Below are positions 22,686-35,241 of a stretch of 64,000 nt of DNA, piece after piece. The first letter of the stretch is position 1. Each line of letters starts with the position of its first letter. Under the pieces are notes generated by a model. It saw only the letters and a program-made list of their open reading frames with translations. It made no database searches and had not been told where the DNA came from. The translations under genes were made by a program, and so were the position numbers. This DNA comes from Chara braunii (taxonomy: Eukaryota; Plantae; Charophyceae): contig BFEA01000005.1 of the NCBI GenBank assembly GCA_003427395.1, positions 7,700,429-7,764,428 on the forward strand, written 5' to 3'.

Positions 22686-25600
22686 GAATTTGGCAGGGCA
22701 TCTCTGGGCTTCTGGGTACCCTACCAAAATGTCCAAAATTTTCAATCTATGGGTGTCGCTCCACTAAACAACACTCTACATGCATTTGGACGCTTTTTGG
22801 ACCAGGTGCATTCCGACGAATCTAACTTTTACTTAGCGTACAAATGCATGGAGAGAGTGTTGTGCAGCGTAGGGAGGGCCTATGGTCACCGCTCACAACG
22901 GGACACAGGATGCAGTAAATTAGGGCCTGGCTCCACCACTCACCAACTGTGCAAAATGAGAATAATGAATCTTTCGCGAGAACATAGAAAGATGCACTGC
23001 CGTATTTTCTCTTTTGTGCATGTGGTGAGTATTGGAGTGAGCCCCCTATGCTAATTAATGTTTACAAAATTCTCAAAAAGTAGCGAAAAGAAATGAAAAG
23101 GAACAGATGCAGAAACAAGTCACTGTGCCACCTCAGAGCCAAAACGTGAAGTCAGGGCGTACTCACACTAGCAGTATCTCAAATGTACCTGACCGCATTC
23201 GGGGCCACACTTGGATGTATCTGGCCGCAAATACGTCAAAAGCTCGTAGTGTGAGCTATGCCCTCTGTGGTGACAATGGGCCTCGCTACACTGCTCTACA
23301 CTCTACAAAATTTGGTCTGGTTCGTGTATAGCTATAGCTGTCAGACGGTCTAAAACGTCGAAAAAGACTGGGTCATGATGACTGCAATTACTCTACAAAG
23401 ATCAACCCTGCAAAGCTCAAGAGCATGAAAGAGGACAGCTGAAAGTCCCCTTTGACAGCCCAGACTCCTCCTCCAAGTTCACTCTCCGAATTCGGCCGCT
23501 CATCATAATAGACCAATGAGGACTCTACAAGAAACGGCTGTTGTAGGCTGGGGACTCTACAGCAGTGTAGAGTTCTCCTCCATGTTTTCTGACAGCTATA
23601 CAAAGTAATTTCTCGAGTAGATCTCTGTAGAGAGGACTCTACAAGAAACGGCTGTTGTAGGCTGTGGGGACTCTATAGCCGTGTAGAGTTCTCCTCCTTC
23701 ATGTGTTCCGACAGCTACACACAGAAATTTCTCTCGAGTAGATTTGTAGAGTTGGTGCAGCCATGACCCAACTCTACAGAATTGTACAGTGCAGCGTGGT
23801 GCAACCAGGCCCAATCAATGTTCCTAATGTCAGGAGTATCGTGGCATCCCCTACCACCTCAAGAGGGGCATACTTAAAAGAGAGCTATTTTACAAAAAGA
23901 AAGCGGGGAATTGCAGCTCTGCTGGCTGTCCTCCTGTTTAAGAGGGGCATACTTAACAAGAGAGCCATTTTACAAAAAGAAAGTGGGGAATTGCAGCTCT
24001 GCTTGCTGGCTGTCCTCCTGTTGCCGCTACAGTGACCAAGCCCGACAATGCTCCCCAACGGTTGGCACACAAACAGATTAACAGCTTTTCCACGGGTGGG
24101 CCCAACCCTGCACCCTGGATCACTAGGGCAAGGGGGAATACGCAGTATCCCCTTCACTGAGAGAGGAAGCCAGGCTTGAAAAAGGAGTCCCCTGTATAGC
24201 CTTAGGGCCTGGCCACACAGGCTGTCGAAATGTGCAAAACGAGAATGAACTTGCCGCTAGAACATGGCCAGATGCGCCTGGCACATTTTTGTCGTTTTCA
24301 CGTTTCGAAAGCCTGTGTGGCGAGGTTAGGTAGATAGTGGAAGGTGAATCTCAGCGAAGAATGTAGCTTCGTTTTGAATAAAGGAGTAGTACTCTCCCAT
24401 TGATCAATATTAAGCAAAGGTAGGTAGGTAGGTAGGTAGTGAGAGGTGGACTTGAGAGAAGAATATAGCGTAGTATTGAACAAACTTAAGTAGAAACAAC
24501 AACAACAATCATAATAGGGGAAACTACGTGGGAGTCACAAAAATGAGTTATAGTTGCACTATATATGGGCCAAGATACAGTTTCGAATTCGGGCAATGTA
24601 TACGACCCAGCTTTCTGGCCAGGTGAGGTGGCCGAAGTGCAATTACAAACTGTATCTTGCCCCGTAGTGCAATTATAATAACTCGTAAGCGCTGCGCTAC
24701 CAACGATACCGCCGTCCGGAAACGGCGGCGCTCTGCGTCGTCAGCAAGGCTCGTGTTACGGAGCTATGGAGTACTCAGTACTCCCGAGGTTCGGCCATAT
24801 CCCTCAGCCTCGACAAGGGGCTGTCTCCCTGTGGAATACCAGGGAGCAGGGTGGTTCCGGATCCCTCTACAACCTTCAACGCTCAAATTTCAGGCGAGTG
24901 CAACCTCTGTATGAACCCCGTTTTTGGGAAACATACATGACCAATGGCACGAAGAAGGGAGAGTGAGTCCAGTGCACGGCGAATGGTGAGTCAGACAGCG
25001 GCACTTCCGGGAGCAGTGGGAGGGCAACTGTCAGTGGTGGGACTGTTGTTGTGAGGAGCACAAGCCAAGTACTAGTGACTACCTCAACCGGGAGCGTGAA
25101 GACTGGAAGTATGAGAAGACCTGAAGCTCTACAGGACGATGTCACCTCTGGAAAGTGGGAGTTTCACTGGTGGCCCTGGGAGGGTTTCCAGTAGTGCAAA
25201 GGGAGCAGAGCATTAGTCTCGACCGGAGGTCACGATGACACGTAGAGACGTTCACTTTATCTGCCCTCCCCTGCTTTAGGTATACCGGCTCCTCCTTATC
25301 TGAGCCGTTTCCTTGTTCCGTTGAACGTGGAATTATCTTCCCTTCTTTAAGCCATATGTGCCACTCTCTGGGACTTCGAACCTAATCTGGGCTGCTCTTC
25401 TCGTTTCCGAACTTAGAATGTTGGTGCTCTTTCTGTTGCTTGGCTTCACTACGGTGTGAACTTAGAGTGTTGGTGCTCTTTCTGTGGCTTGGCCTCACTA
25501 CCGTGTGAATTCAGATGGTTGGTGTTCCTTCTGTTGCTTGGCTTCATTACGAGTGTAAACTTAGAAGATGTTGGTGTTCGTTCCTTAGCTTGGTTGCCTC

Positions 25601-26244
25601 TAGTTTGTAACACACCTGATAGTTCCTTGCTAAGTTCTTCTCCTTTGGTATCTATACTGGGCTTGTCCGTAGCAGGCAACGGAACGACTGGAGGTAGTGG
25701 GAGACCTACTAGTGGTTGTGGCAGCGTTGCTGAGCTACTTACGGCACGGCCGATCAGCATTTAGCTGATAAAAGAGCAAATCTGGGTTGTACCCATTGAG
25801 ATCTAGAGTACCTGGAATACGGTACTCCCTACAGAGTCTCAAGGGTACAAGGTGGGAAACCTCCGTCATGACAACCCAGGCTCTACATGGCTATTAGCTG
25901 GTCCGACGGGCCTCTCTTTTGGTTCTGATGGATCTTCCTTCGGATTTCTGCAAATCACCTGCTCCAGATAGAACTCTGTAGTTTGCTTTAGATCATTGGG
26001 TATTTGTCATTTCTTTGGCTAGTCACATTAGGCTATGGTCTCCTGCCAATGTAAGCAAGTCTCTTCGTTGGAAGTAGTCCGAGAACTGTCCTCTTTTCTG
26101 TAATATCTTTAAGCGAAGCTGGGTAAGGCTCCCAGTCAGAATAGCAGAATAACTGGTTAATGTGCTTAGTGGTTGCCTCTCCTATTTCTGGTTTTGAATT
26201 TGGTTAGTCCGGCTGTGATTTTCTTTTCTGGTTGAAGTTGCCGT

Positions 26245-26399
26245 ACATGGGACACTGGACCCGGTTTCCAGTAAAGCCTAATCTGGGCACTAATCTGGGT
26301 ATTGGCCCCAGGAATTCCGGGTTGAGATGTTGAGGGATTCCCGGCCTCAGTTCTCCAATTTTCTATAATAGAAACTACGACTTCAAAAAAAAAAAAAAA
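26245..26399 (+). mobile_element. LINE 3'-end fragment (first pseudoknot, GC-rich tail, poly(A))
   Basis: GGGACACTGGACCCGGTTTCCAGT at 26249 and A-run 26385-26399. Confidence 0.65.
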
Positions 26400-26509
26400 C
26401 TCGTTTCTGTGACTCTACTGAAGTATTACCCCTATAACATAATGATAACAACAATAATAACTCTTTTTCTATTCGTTTCTCAATTTCCTATTGCTGTTTT
26501 TAATGTCTG

Positions 26510-26734
26510 AGCTAACCCAGCTCAACGGCGGTGCCACTAGCAGGGGTTTAGAATCCTCACCAGTATTTTTCAACGTGGCCACAGGGCGCCGTCAGATGTC
26601 CACATCCGATCGGAGGAATGAGTCCCGAAACCAAGGGTAACGCTCTCGGCTAGTCCCCTGCCCCAGGTGCAAGGCGCCATTTGCCAGTATTCTACGTTCT
26701 GGACCGTTGATAATGAAATTCAACGCCTTTCAAG

Positions 26735-26769
<35 letters not shown>
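26510..26769 (+). mobile_element. Possible tRNA-derived SINE
   Basis: A-box-like cagctcaacgg (~26518), B-box-like gtttagaatcc (~26546), GC-rich body and long poly(A); no TSD seen. Confidence 0.45.
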
Positions 26770-26772
<3 letters not shown>

Positions 26773-27658
26773 CAGCAACAGAGAACCCGGGTAAGCCGGG
26801 CATTGGACCAAAAAAAAAAAAAAAAAAAAACTAACTGGGCGTATACTCGAACCCGGACTTTTTCTAGAAAGCTCTGTACGTGATTGCAGTCAGATTCATC
26901 CAGGGCTGGCCGTAATGGCGGTCTGATGCATTTCGAAAAAAGTGCTTCTGTGAGTATGCCCTAAGTTGCAGGGAAGGAGAGGATGCGATAAATGAACATA
27001 CGACTGCGGGAGGGAGGAAATAGACGGGGAGCGGGGGCTGGAGGGCGGCAAGGGAGCAGGACCTAAAAAAGAAGAAGGAAAAGGGTCTCGTTTCCTTGCT
27101 GTCCGAACCATTTTGAGCAGAGGCCTCCCTCTACTACCCACCACATCCACAAGAGAGAAAAAGTACGGCCGTGCATCTTTCCATGTTCTCGAGGAAGATT
27201 CATTGCCATTTTGCCACATTTATTGAGTACTGGAGCGAGGCCCTAACACACATGACCGAACTCAAGCAAACTCCACAAGAGCAAATTGGACATGAACTGT
27301 GCTATAGGATTTGAACCAAAGAGATGGCGAAGACAGAGAATGTTGTGAAGGTCAGGAGTTCGAACCTCGTCCGGCATAAGCCAAAGAGAGTTTTTTCTTT
27401 CATTTCTGGACGAATTCGCAAACCCCAAAGAGAGAGTTTTTTCTTTCATTTCTTGACGAATTCGCAAACCCCCCAAAAAAACATCAAAAGAGGGGTTTAA
27501 TATGGATGGAACACAACATGGCAATGAAAATAACTGGATATAAGTGCAAAGAAAAAGAACGACAAGAGAAAAACCGTTAACTTTTCCCAACTCATGGCAC
27601 AACACAATTACGCAAGATTATGCACGCCAACGATTCCTGTAGTCTAGCCTCCGTCTCA

Positions 27659-27753
27659 NNNNNNNNNNNNNNNNNNNNNNNNNNNNNNNNNNNNNNNNNN
27701 NNNNNNNNNNNNNNNNNNNNNNNNNNNNNNNNNNNNNNNNNNNNNNNNNNNNN
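27659..27753. other. Assembly gap
   Basis: N run, followed by (CT)n to 27840. Confidence 1.
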
Positions 27754-27843
<90 letters not shown>

Positions 27844-28097
27844 TCGTGTGCATTTTGTGCGTGTGTGAGTGCACGGGAGTGTGCGAGTGTGTGTGCGAGT
27901 GTCTGTGCGTGCATGTGTCTCTGTGCGTGTGTTAGGAGAAACCTGCCAGCGGTCAGTTCACAAGCTCCTTCGACACAGCACAAAGCGCGCAGCAGTCTAG
28001 GACAGCGTTGAAGTGGACTGCAGCAAACCACCGTCGTCTTCCTCCATCCTCGCTTTCAGGATAGCTGCGTCAAACCACGAGCGTATTCATACTTCGC

Positions 28098-28322
28098 CAA
28101 AAAAGTTCGCTTGAGCTTATGCACACTTCTCCAAAAAAGTTCGCTTGAGCTTATCCGCACTCCTCCGAAAAACTTCGCTTGAGCTTTCATCCACACTCAT
28201 CAAAAAAAGGTTCGCTTGACAATGTGCTTATCCACACTTATCTCAAGTTCTGTTGAGCTTGTCCACACTTATTCCGAACAGGTTTGCTTGAGCTTATCCA
28301 CACACATCAAAAGAGGTTCGCT
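28098..28322. repeat. ~33-bp degenerate minisatellite
   Basis: ccaaaaaagttcgcttgagcttatccacac.. about 6-7 copies. Confidence 0.8.
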
Positions 28323-28886
28323 TCCTGCAACGGTCGAGCACGTCTATCACGTCTCCGCGACCCCGTACCAGCGTTTCTCTATAGCTACCCGCCAAAGACT
28401 CGGCAAGAACAAGAAGAAGAAGAAGAGGAATAGTGAATAGTGAATAGTGAATAGTGAAAACAGCGGCTATGGACTGCTCCTCGCAAATGTATATCAACTA
28501 ATAAGCAATACACTCCGCATGCACAGTTCTGAGACGAAGACGAAGAAGACAACGACAACGACGACGACGAAGAAGAAGAAGTAAGTTCATCTGAGATCGG
28601 TTTAAGGAACTGCAACCAACGCCCGTAGAAGCAAAGCAGGGATGTTCATTCAACTTGACGTCGTCCAAGAACTGCCAAGTTCGACCAACGAGAACTAGCT
28701 ATTACAGAGAAATAGAGAACAACAAGAAGGTTTCTATTCGCAATTCCACGAGCCACGGATGCCTTCACGACTGTAGGTGTAACCTGTGAGTCGAACACAA
28801 GAACGGACGACCTACATTCCAGTTGACGCACACAATCGAGACGGCTTGACGATTCTTCGATTCTCTGATGTGATCGATTCGATGTC

Positions 28887-29516
28887 CTAGAACGATCCAG
28901 CAGAGGGCATTGGAAGACTAGAAGAGGCGGGTACTCCGTAGCACCCCGTTAAGATGTTGCCAACTAGGTTCCCGGGAATCATGACGTCGTCGATGATATG
29001 CACAGTCGCGTTGTAGGAACTGAGTGCATTCGGACCGACAATGGTCGCCGTCTTCTCGATGAGGATCTTTCCTCCCAAAGCCACCTCGAGATCCAGCGCC
29101 ATACCCATGACGGTGGGCAACTCCTTAACGGACTTCAACTCGTCGACAGTGAAATTCCGTCCGACGGCAATGTGAAACGTCAAGATCTGGGTCAAGATAT
29201 TTAACTTACCCTTCTCAGATTGCAGACAAGCTTGGAGCTCGGGATCGAGAGCCTGAAAAGCGGCATTATTCGGCGCGAAAACGGTGACGGGCTGACGATC
29301 GACGTTCTCAACGAGCGTAAGATCGATACGAGAAGCAACAAGCGCGCCATAAAAAAAAGATAGCTCTCCTCTCTTCGCTATGGCATCAAGAAGCTTCTGC
29401 CCCGCATACACCGGCGGGACATATGGAGGAGCCACTTGCGCTGCAACGAATACAGCCAAAGAGAGAAACACTACAGCTCTCCCCAATCGCCCCCTCAACT
29501 CCTTCATGTTAACCAT
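28887..29516 (-). CDS. Fasciclin-like (single FAS1 domain) secreted protein, FLA-like
   Basis: Intact 209-aa ORF with signal peptide (AVVFLSLAVFVAAQ), H1 VTVFAPNNAAF, LTFHI and H2 VHIIDDVMIP; start may be 29507. Confidence 0.92.
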   Translation of the reverse strand: MVNMKELRGRLGRAVVFLSLAVFVAAQVAPPYVPPVYAGQKLLDAIAKRGELSFFYGALVASRIDLTLVENVDRQPVTVFAPNNAAFQALDPELQACLQSEKGKLNILTQILTFHIAVGRNFTVDELKSVKELPTVMGMALDLEVALGGKILIEKTATIVGPNALSSYNATVHIIDDVMIPGNLVGNILTGCYGVPASSSLPMPSAGSF

Positions 29517-29537
29517 GCTCGAACACGACCGTCCTTT

Positions 29538-29539
<2 letters not shown>

Positions 29540-29598
<59 letters not shown>

Positions 29599-29631
29599 CG
29601 CTCGCTCGCTCGCTCGCTCGCTCGCTCGCTC
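29540..29631. repeat. (CT)n(CGCT)n microsatellite just upstream of the FAS1 ATG
   Basis: Direct reading; GA-repeat on the coding strand. Confidence 0.95.
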
Positions 29632-30235
29632 GTGCGAGCAAACGATCTTTCGCGAGCGATCTCTCTACCGATCTATTATCCTACTGAATGATGGAGATAT
29701 CGAGCAAGGAAGAGAAAGCTATGGAGGACCTAAGCCTGAGGTGAGTGACCGCCAGGCAAGCAATGCCGAGGGACAACTACGCGGACTGCCCAGACCGTCC
29801 CTACGACGTTGGCGCTATTGGCAAACTGGGCAAGCCGCACTCCATTGTTGGGATGAACCACGGCAGCGGCAGTGATATTTCAGGAGGAACAACTGATGGC
29901 GGCGGAGGGAGTTCGTCACAAACAGTGGTCTTTGCTTTGTTTTGTTTGTTTGTTTTTTATATCTATATCCTTCTCTCACTCTATCTTATCTATGTATATT
30001 ACGTGGGAAAACCAACCTAACCTGGAACTGTCCCCCGCCCACGGGTAGGTTTGCACCACGGCTGTGGTGCGAGAGCAGGGCTTGTATCCGCCCCTCATCA
30101 CGACGCTGCAGGGTCATCAGACATCGCCGACCGGGAAACGGGCGATATACGATAGCGCCGAGCATCTTTGGCCAGTCACTTTGTACCTCCCGCTACCCCC
30201 CTCCAACCCCACACGATGGTTGCCAGACTCTAAGA

Positions 30236-30467
30236 CCCACTACCCATGAGAATAGGACCAAACGCCCGAATCTGGGCGTGTTTGTGGAGAGATGCAGAAC
30301 ATAGGGGCGAGTCCCACTACAGAAAAGAATTGGACTAAACGCATGAATATGGATGTGTTTGTAAAGACATGCAGAACATCACGATTGCTCTGCTCTTCTG
30401 CATCTCTCCTTAAAACCCATCCAGATTCAGGCGATTTATCTAATCCTCTTTGCTATTGCTAGTGGGG
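30236..30467. repeat. ~70-bp unit: two direct copies and one inverted copy
   Basis: cccacta..gaatctgg..gagagatgcagaa at 30236 and 30313; reverse complement at ~30396-30467. Confidence 0.7.
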
Positions 30468-30557
30468 CCTCTTCCCAGGAATGAAGAATCCTGGGGCCTT
30501 TTTGTTTTTTCTTTCCCGAAGGGCGACGGCCTTGAGATCTGAACATCAAACTATCCA

Positions 30558-30772
30558 GCCGCCTAGCTCAGTTGATAAGGCACGCAAGTGGCATTCAGGA
30601 GGTCCTCCGTTCAATCCCCATTGGCCTCACGTACCTTCTTGGGCAAGCTTGGCACCTGCCACCTAGAGATAGGCCGTTGGCCCCCCCTAGCCGCATTGAG
30701 CGGAGACTGCTGATGTTCGTAGGGGGAGGGGACCGGAGGGGAGGCAGAACGACTGACCCATCGAAGAAGCTC
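30558..30772 (+). mobile_element. tRNA-derived SINE-like head and body, truncated by the next element
   Basis: A-box tagctcagttga (30564) and B-box gttcaatccc (30609) at tRNA spacing; no intact cloverleaf. Confidence 0.6.
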
Positions 30773-31318
30773 TGTCCTGATTCTACCGCCTGACCCGTGG
30801 CCGGTATGTCCCACCTGCTGAAGCAGGTATCGCACCTGCTGGGGAGCTGCGCCTGACCCGTGGCCGGTATGTCCCAGCTGCTGAAGCAGGTATCGCACCT
30901 GCTGGTGGGTGCAGCTCCCCCACGTTCCCTTCTGGTCGAACACGGTGGTGGCTGCTAGGGGGTTCCCCGTAGTATTATATAATGATAAGTTCCCCGTAGT
31001 ATTACCTAATGATAGGATAACCCCTTATATTATAATGATAGCCTGGAAGGTCGTCCAGCCCACATTTGACAGGTAATCATCAAACTGACCTTCCAGATGA
31101 CTGAAATTAACTAGGGCCCTATTTAAATGAAGATTGTAGTATTTCAGTCATTTGAATTCAGTGGAGTTCGAACTCAGGTCTGTATGTCAACATTTCAGTC
31201 ATTTGAATTCAGTGGAGTTCGAATTGACGTCTGTATGTCAACAGTTCAGGGGTATACCTACTGATGCCGGTTGGTGTGGGCTTTTTTTTTGGCTGTTTTT
31301 TACCATCTGGGCGTCATT
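30773..31318 (+). repeat. Direct repeat copy 1 (LTR-like, starts TGTCC)
   Basis: Homologous to 37627-38075; internal ~63-bp and ~50-bp duplications. Confidence 0.85.
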
Positions 31319-31969
31319 AGACACTCCTCAGCGCATCCTCGGGCTCTGAGGAAGAGTCCTCAAAAATTTCTTCGGTTTTTGGAGTCCTCGGAGAATCGCT
31401 CCGAGGACGAATCCTTGGGGCCCTCGTGTGGCCCGTTTCATGAGATTATACACGGCCGCAGGGGGGTTGTCCGACCTCCAATTCGGGATGTCCGGCAAGG
31501 AGGCGTCGTGGTCCAGCAGGCGTACAGCGGCATCGCGTCTCGGGCCCTGGAAATGGAAGTCAAGAATGCTAGAAACGCCCAGTTTGAAATTCGAAATTCG
31601 AAATCGTGGGCTGTGGGACAATGGGGAGGCGGCGAACAGGTGGGTCCTCGATGGGGCAGTGCACGCCTCGCGGGGTCTGCGACTGGTTCGGGTTGCCATC
31701 ACCTTGCGCACTTCAGTGGCGACCCACGGCCACGGTCTGCGGTCTCGTCGACGCGGCAAACGGAAGAGGGACAATCCTCGTGTACGGTCGGCACGTGTCC
31801 GCGCGTGGCGGTTCTGCACGTCATTGGTGGCGGACGGACGCTTCCATCGGGGAAGACATCGCTCAGGGGGGGGGGCGGAGCACAAATTGCAGGCGTGTCA
31901 TCGTTGCGATCGCGTAGGTGGTGGCAGGTGGGTGGCGGCGGGCGTTCCTTTTCCTGTACGAATGGCACG

Positions 31970-33150
31970 ATGGAGGGTTGTGGCGAGGGTCATCGTGCCG
32001 TGTTGTCGACGACGGAGAAGACAGCGGTCATGACGGCTGCGCTTGCCGTGGTGATCCGTAGCCAAGTTGAGAGGGCGGCAGGGCGCATGAAGGTGATGCT
32101 TTCGAGGCAGCGACAAAAGCTTCTGTTGCAAAGGGTGGTGGATGCCCCGGACTACATTACCACTTCGGAGGTCGTGGTTGAGTTGTGCACTGCAATCGGG
32201 TGTGGTGTGATTCCTCGGGCGACGCCACGTTGGTGGATGAAGAGGAGAACAGGAGGCACTTCGGAGGATTTGTGGGTGCGCAATGACGCAACTAGCGACT
32301 ACTTTCGGGAAAAGCTCCGCATGCCCAGACGAATGTTCATCATGGAGATCAGTGAAGCCTGTGTGCCACATCGACAACGATAGGTCATGTTCTACAGGAG
32401 CCGCTGCAACCGGAGCAGATTGTCGGGTACACGCTGTACAGGTGGGCTACATGAGAGACATACGACAACATCACGTCGTTCTTTGGCATAGGGAGAGCTC
32501 AGGACTTCTCGTCGTGCGAGATGTTACATCCACACTATTGAGGGTGTACGCGGACAAGATATCCTACACGACGGGGGCGTGGAAACACGTCGTGCTCCGG
32601 GCGTTTTTGGAGAAGGGTTTTCCCAATTGTCACGGCGCGGTCGACTACACACACATCTACGTGGACAAACCAGCGAACACCCCCAGCGAGAACTACTTCG
32701 ACCGCAAACACTGTTTCTCCGTCATTGCGCAGGTATTGAGGACGAACGAATACATCTTGGGCGACAACGGGTACGCTCCTTCTGAATGGGTAGTGGTGTC
32801 GTACGGAGGAATCAATCAGCACCCCGACGAGGAAAGGTTCGGCACGAAGCAGAAGGTCACAAGAGGGGCTGTGGAGAGGGCGTTAGGGCGGTTGAAGTGG
32901 ATGTGGAGGCTCTTCCTGCGGACGCACAAGACCAACTTAGACACTCTACCGCAGAAGTTCACGGTCGTCTGCATTCTACACAACATTCTTCTGGATGTTG
33001 GTGTTGATTTCGACGAGAATATGCTATAGGAGGTCGACAAGAACGGGGTGTGGCGCCAAGTGGATTTGGGGATTCATCTTCCCCGGCGGCCAGTCAGCAA
33101 TTCCACTTCCACGAACGAGGCGATCACGCTCCGACATGCTCTAGCATAGC
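31970..33150 (+). pseudogene. PIF/Harbinger DDE transposase (HARBI1-like), disrupted
   Basis: FREKLRMPR, GFPNCHGAVDYTHI, YILGDNGY, VERALGRLK and CILHN motifs. Confidence 0.92.
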
Positions 33151-33924
33151 GAATGAAGCACATGTGATCTGCGATACCACCTGGCCGTTTGTTGGGACGA
33201 AGACTTTGTTGATGTTGTGTCCCACCACTGTCGATCCAAAGAGCTCGCGTCGTTGGCTTTCACGCATGGATGGTATACCTTCGTCCATCGCCGTGTGTTA
33301 GATCTTTTTATCCGTCGCGGACGACTTGTTTTCCCATCCTCGACATTGTGGACGACGGTAGCGAGGTTGTTTCTTTTGTCGATCATCGGGGTGGATGCTT
33401 GTAGTGACGAGGACTGTGGTTGTTCCTCGCGTTGTAGTCTCTTCTTTTCTTTACCGGTTTCGCCATAACTATATTTTCGCCGCATTCCCAATGATTACGG
33501 GCCGTGGGTTGGGGGAGTGTCGAGGAGTGGTGGCGGGAGGCGGTGGTTAGGGCAGCGCGGAAGTTTGGCATGGTGAGTGGGGGAGGTAGGAGTGGTGCGG
33601 TGTGAGGTTCACGTGCGGGGTGTTATCTCACATGCTTAAAAAATTTTGGTTGCTCTGCACGAGCGCTTGTTGAAGCGTTGAATCCCTTTGGTAATTAAAA
33701 GAATGTGTTTTTTTTTTTTTTTGGACATGTGTGTGAGGTTGTATTGTCTCATGTATGGAACTTTTGTCATGCATCTCGTTTGCGCTTATTTGCATTTGGT
33801 AATTTCTATCATCCATGAGTTGATGTTCGACAAAGGAATCGCATGCCAATAAATAAATAAAAAAGTTCATCTCGTGACATTTCAGTCCTTTCAGCAACAA
33901 CATCGCTATCTTCCTTTTTGTCAT

Positions 33925-33958
<34 letters not shown>

Positions 33959-34258
33959 TCTGCCTTTTGTTAAGATTCCCTAATGTTGACATATCCGCAA
34001 TTTGAGACATGGCTTGACAGGCACCATACATGAGAAGATGTGCACGACACTGAGGTGGCCATTCACCCGTACTCGACACAAAAATCCCACACAGAAGATA
34101 AGAAAAACAGTAGTACATCAGAAACCATTGGCACACAAATCGAAGTCCTCACCATACATGTTCCTTAATGAAATCCATATATTTGCATTGCATACTTGAA
34201 GAGGTAAACCCAAGTTTTTGGTGCTACCCAACCTTCCGCGGCGCACAGCTATGACGGA

Positions 34259-34332
<74 letters not shown>
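34259..34332. repeat. (CT)n(CTAT)n microsatellite
   Basis: Direct reading. Confidence 0.95.
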
Positions 34333-34350
<18 letters not shown>

Positions 34351-35177
34351 ATAGTCTGTAGATTTTTCCATGTGGTGTGGGTGAGTGATAGTCTACTTTG
34401 ATTTTGGTCAAGGTAGATTATCATTTACAGTGTAATTAGTGAGGGGATTCTGCAGACTGTTGAGGGTTCAGCCTCCTGATGACACGGCCCCTCGTTTGTT
34501 GTCCTCTTCTCTCTCTCTGCCTACGGTTTACTGGGCAGTTCTGTTTGTGACATACGACGACTTCGCTAGCTTCCTGCTACGGTTTTTTCCGGTCAGGTTG
34601 AGCGGCAGTGGTCGGGGCCGTTACTAGGCGGCCATGCTGTGCCTCTAGTGCCAGCGGTGTGTCTGGAGTGTATTTTTTGGTAGACCTTTCTTTGTTTCGT
34701 GGATGTTTTGTTGGCTTGTGATGGGGTGTGAACCGACAGTCTGTAGAGTTTTCCATCTGGTGTGGGTGAGTGATAGTCTACTTTGATTTTGGTTAAGGTA
34801 GATTATCATTTACAGTGTAATCAGTGAGGGGANNNNNNNNNNNNNNNNNNNNNNNNNNNNNNNNNNNNNNNNNNNNNNNNNNNNNNNNNNNNNNNNNNNN
34901 NNNNNNNNNNNNNNNNNNNNNNNNNNNNNNNNNNNNNNNNNNNNNNNNNNNNNNNNNNNNNNNNNNNNNNNNNNNNNNNNNNNNNNNNNNNNNNNNNNNN
35001 NNNNNNNNNNNNNNNNNCTCTTCTCTCTCTCTGCCTACGGTTTACCGGACAGTTCTGTTTGTGACGATATATGTATATATATATATATATCGTCAAATAG
35101 AACTGCCCGGTAAACCATAGGCAGAGAGGGAGAAGAGGACAACAAACGAGGGGCTGTGACAAACTGTTTCGTCGGAG

Positions 35178-35180
<3 letters not shown>
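34333..35180. mobile_element. Penelope-like pLTR arrangement (tandem ~405-bp direct repeat plus inverted fragment) in microsatellite
   Basis: gtctgtaga..agtgagggga at ~34334 and ~34739; inverted fragment 35091-35180; partial hammerhead-like motifs; gap 34833-35017 inside. Confidence 0.5.

Positions 35181-35241
<61 letters not shown>

Noticed and set aside
26560-26720. U1 snRNA or hammerhead
   Set aside because: No ATACTTACCTG, Sm site or CUGANGA core found.
30558-30630. Functional tRNA gene
   Set aside because: A/B boxes are present but stems do not pair into a cloverleaf; more likely a SINE head.
31271-32383. 370-aa ORF as a host gene
   Set aside because: GC-rich read-through into the N-terminus of the Harbinger transposase.
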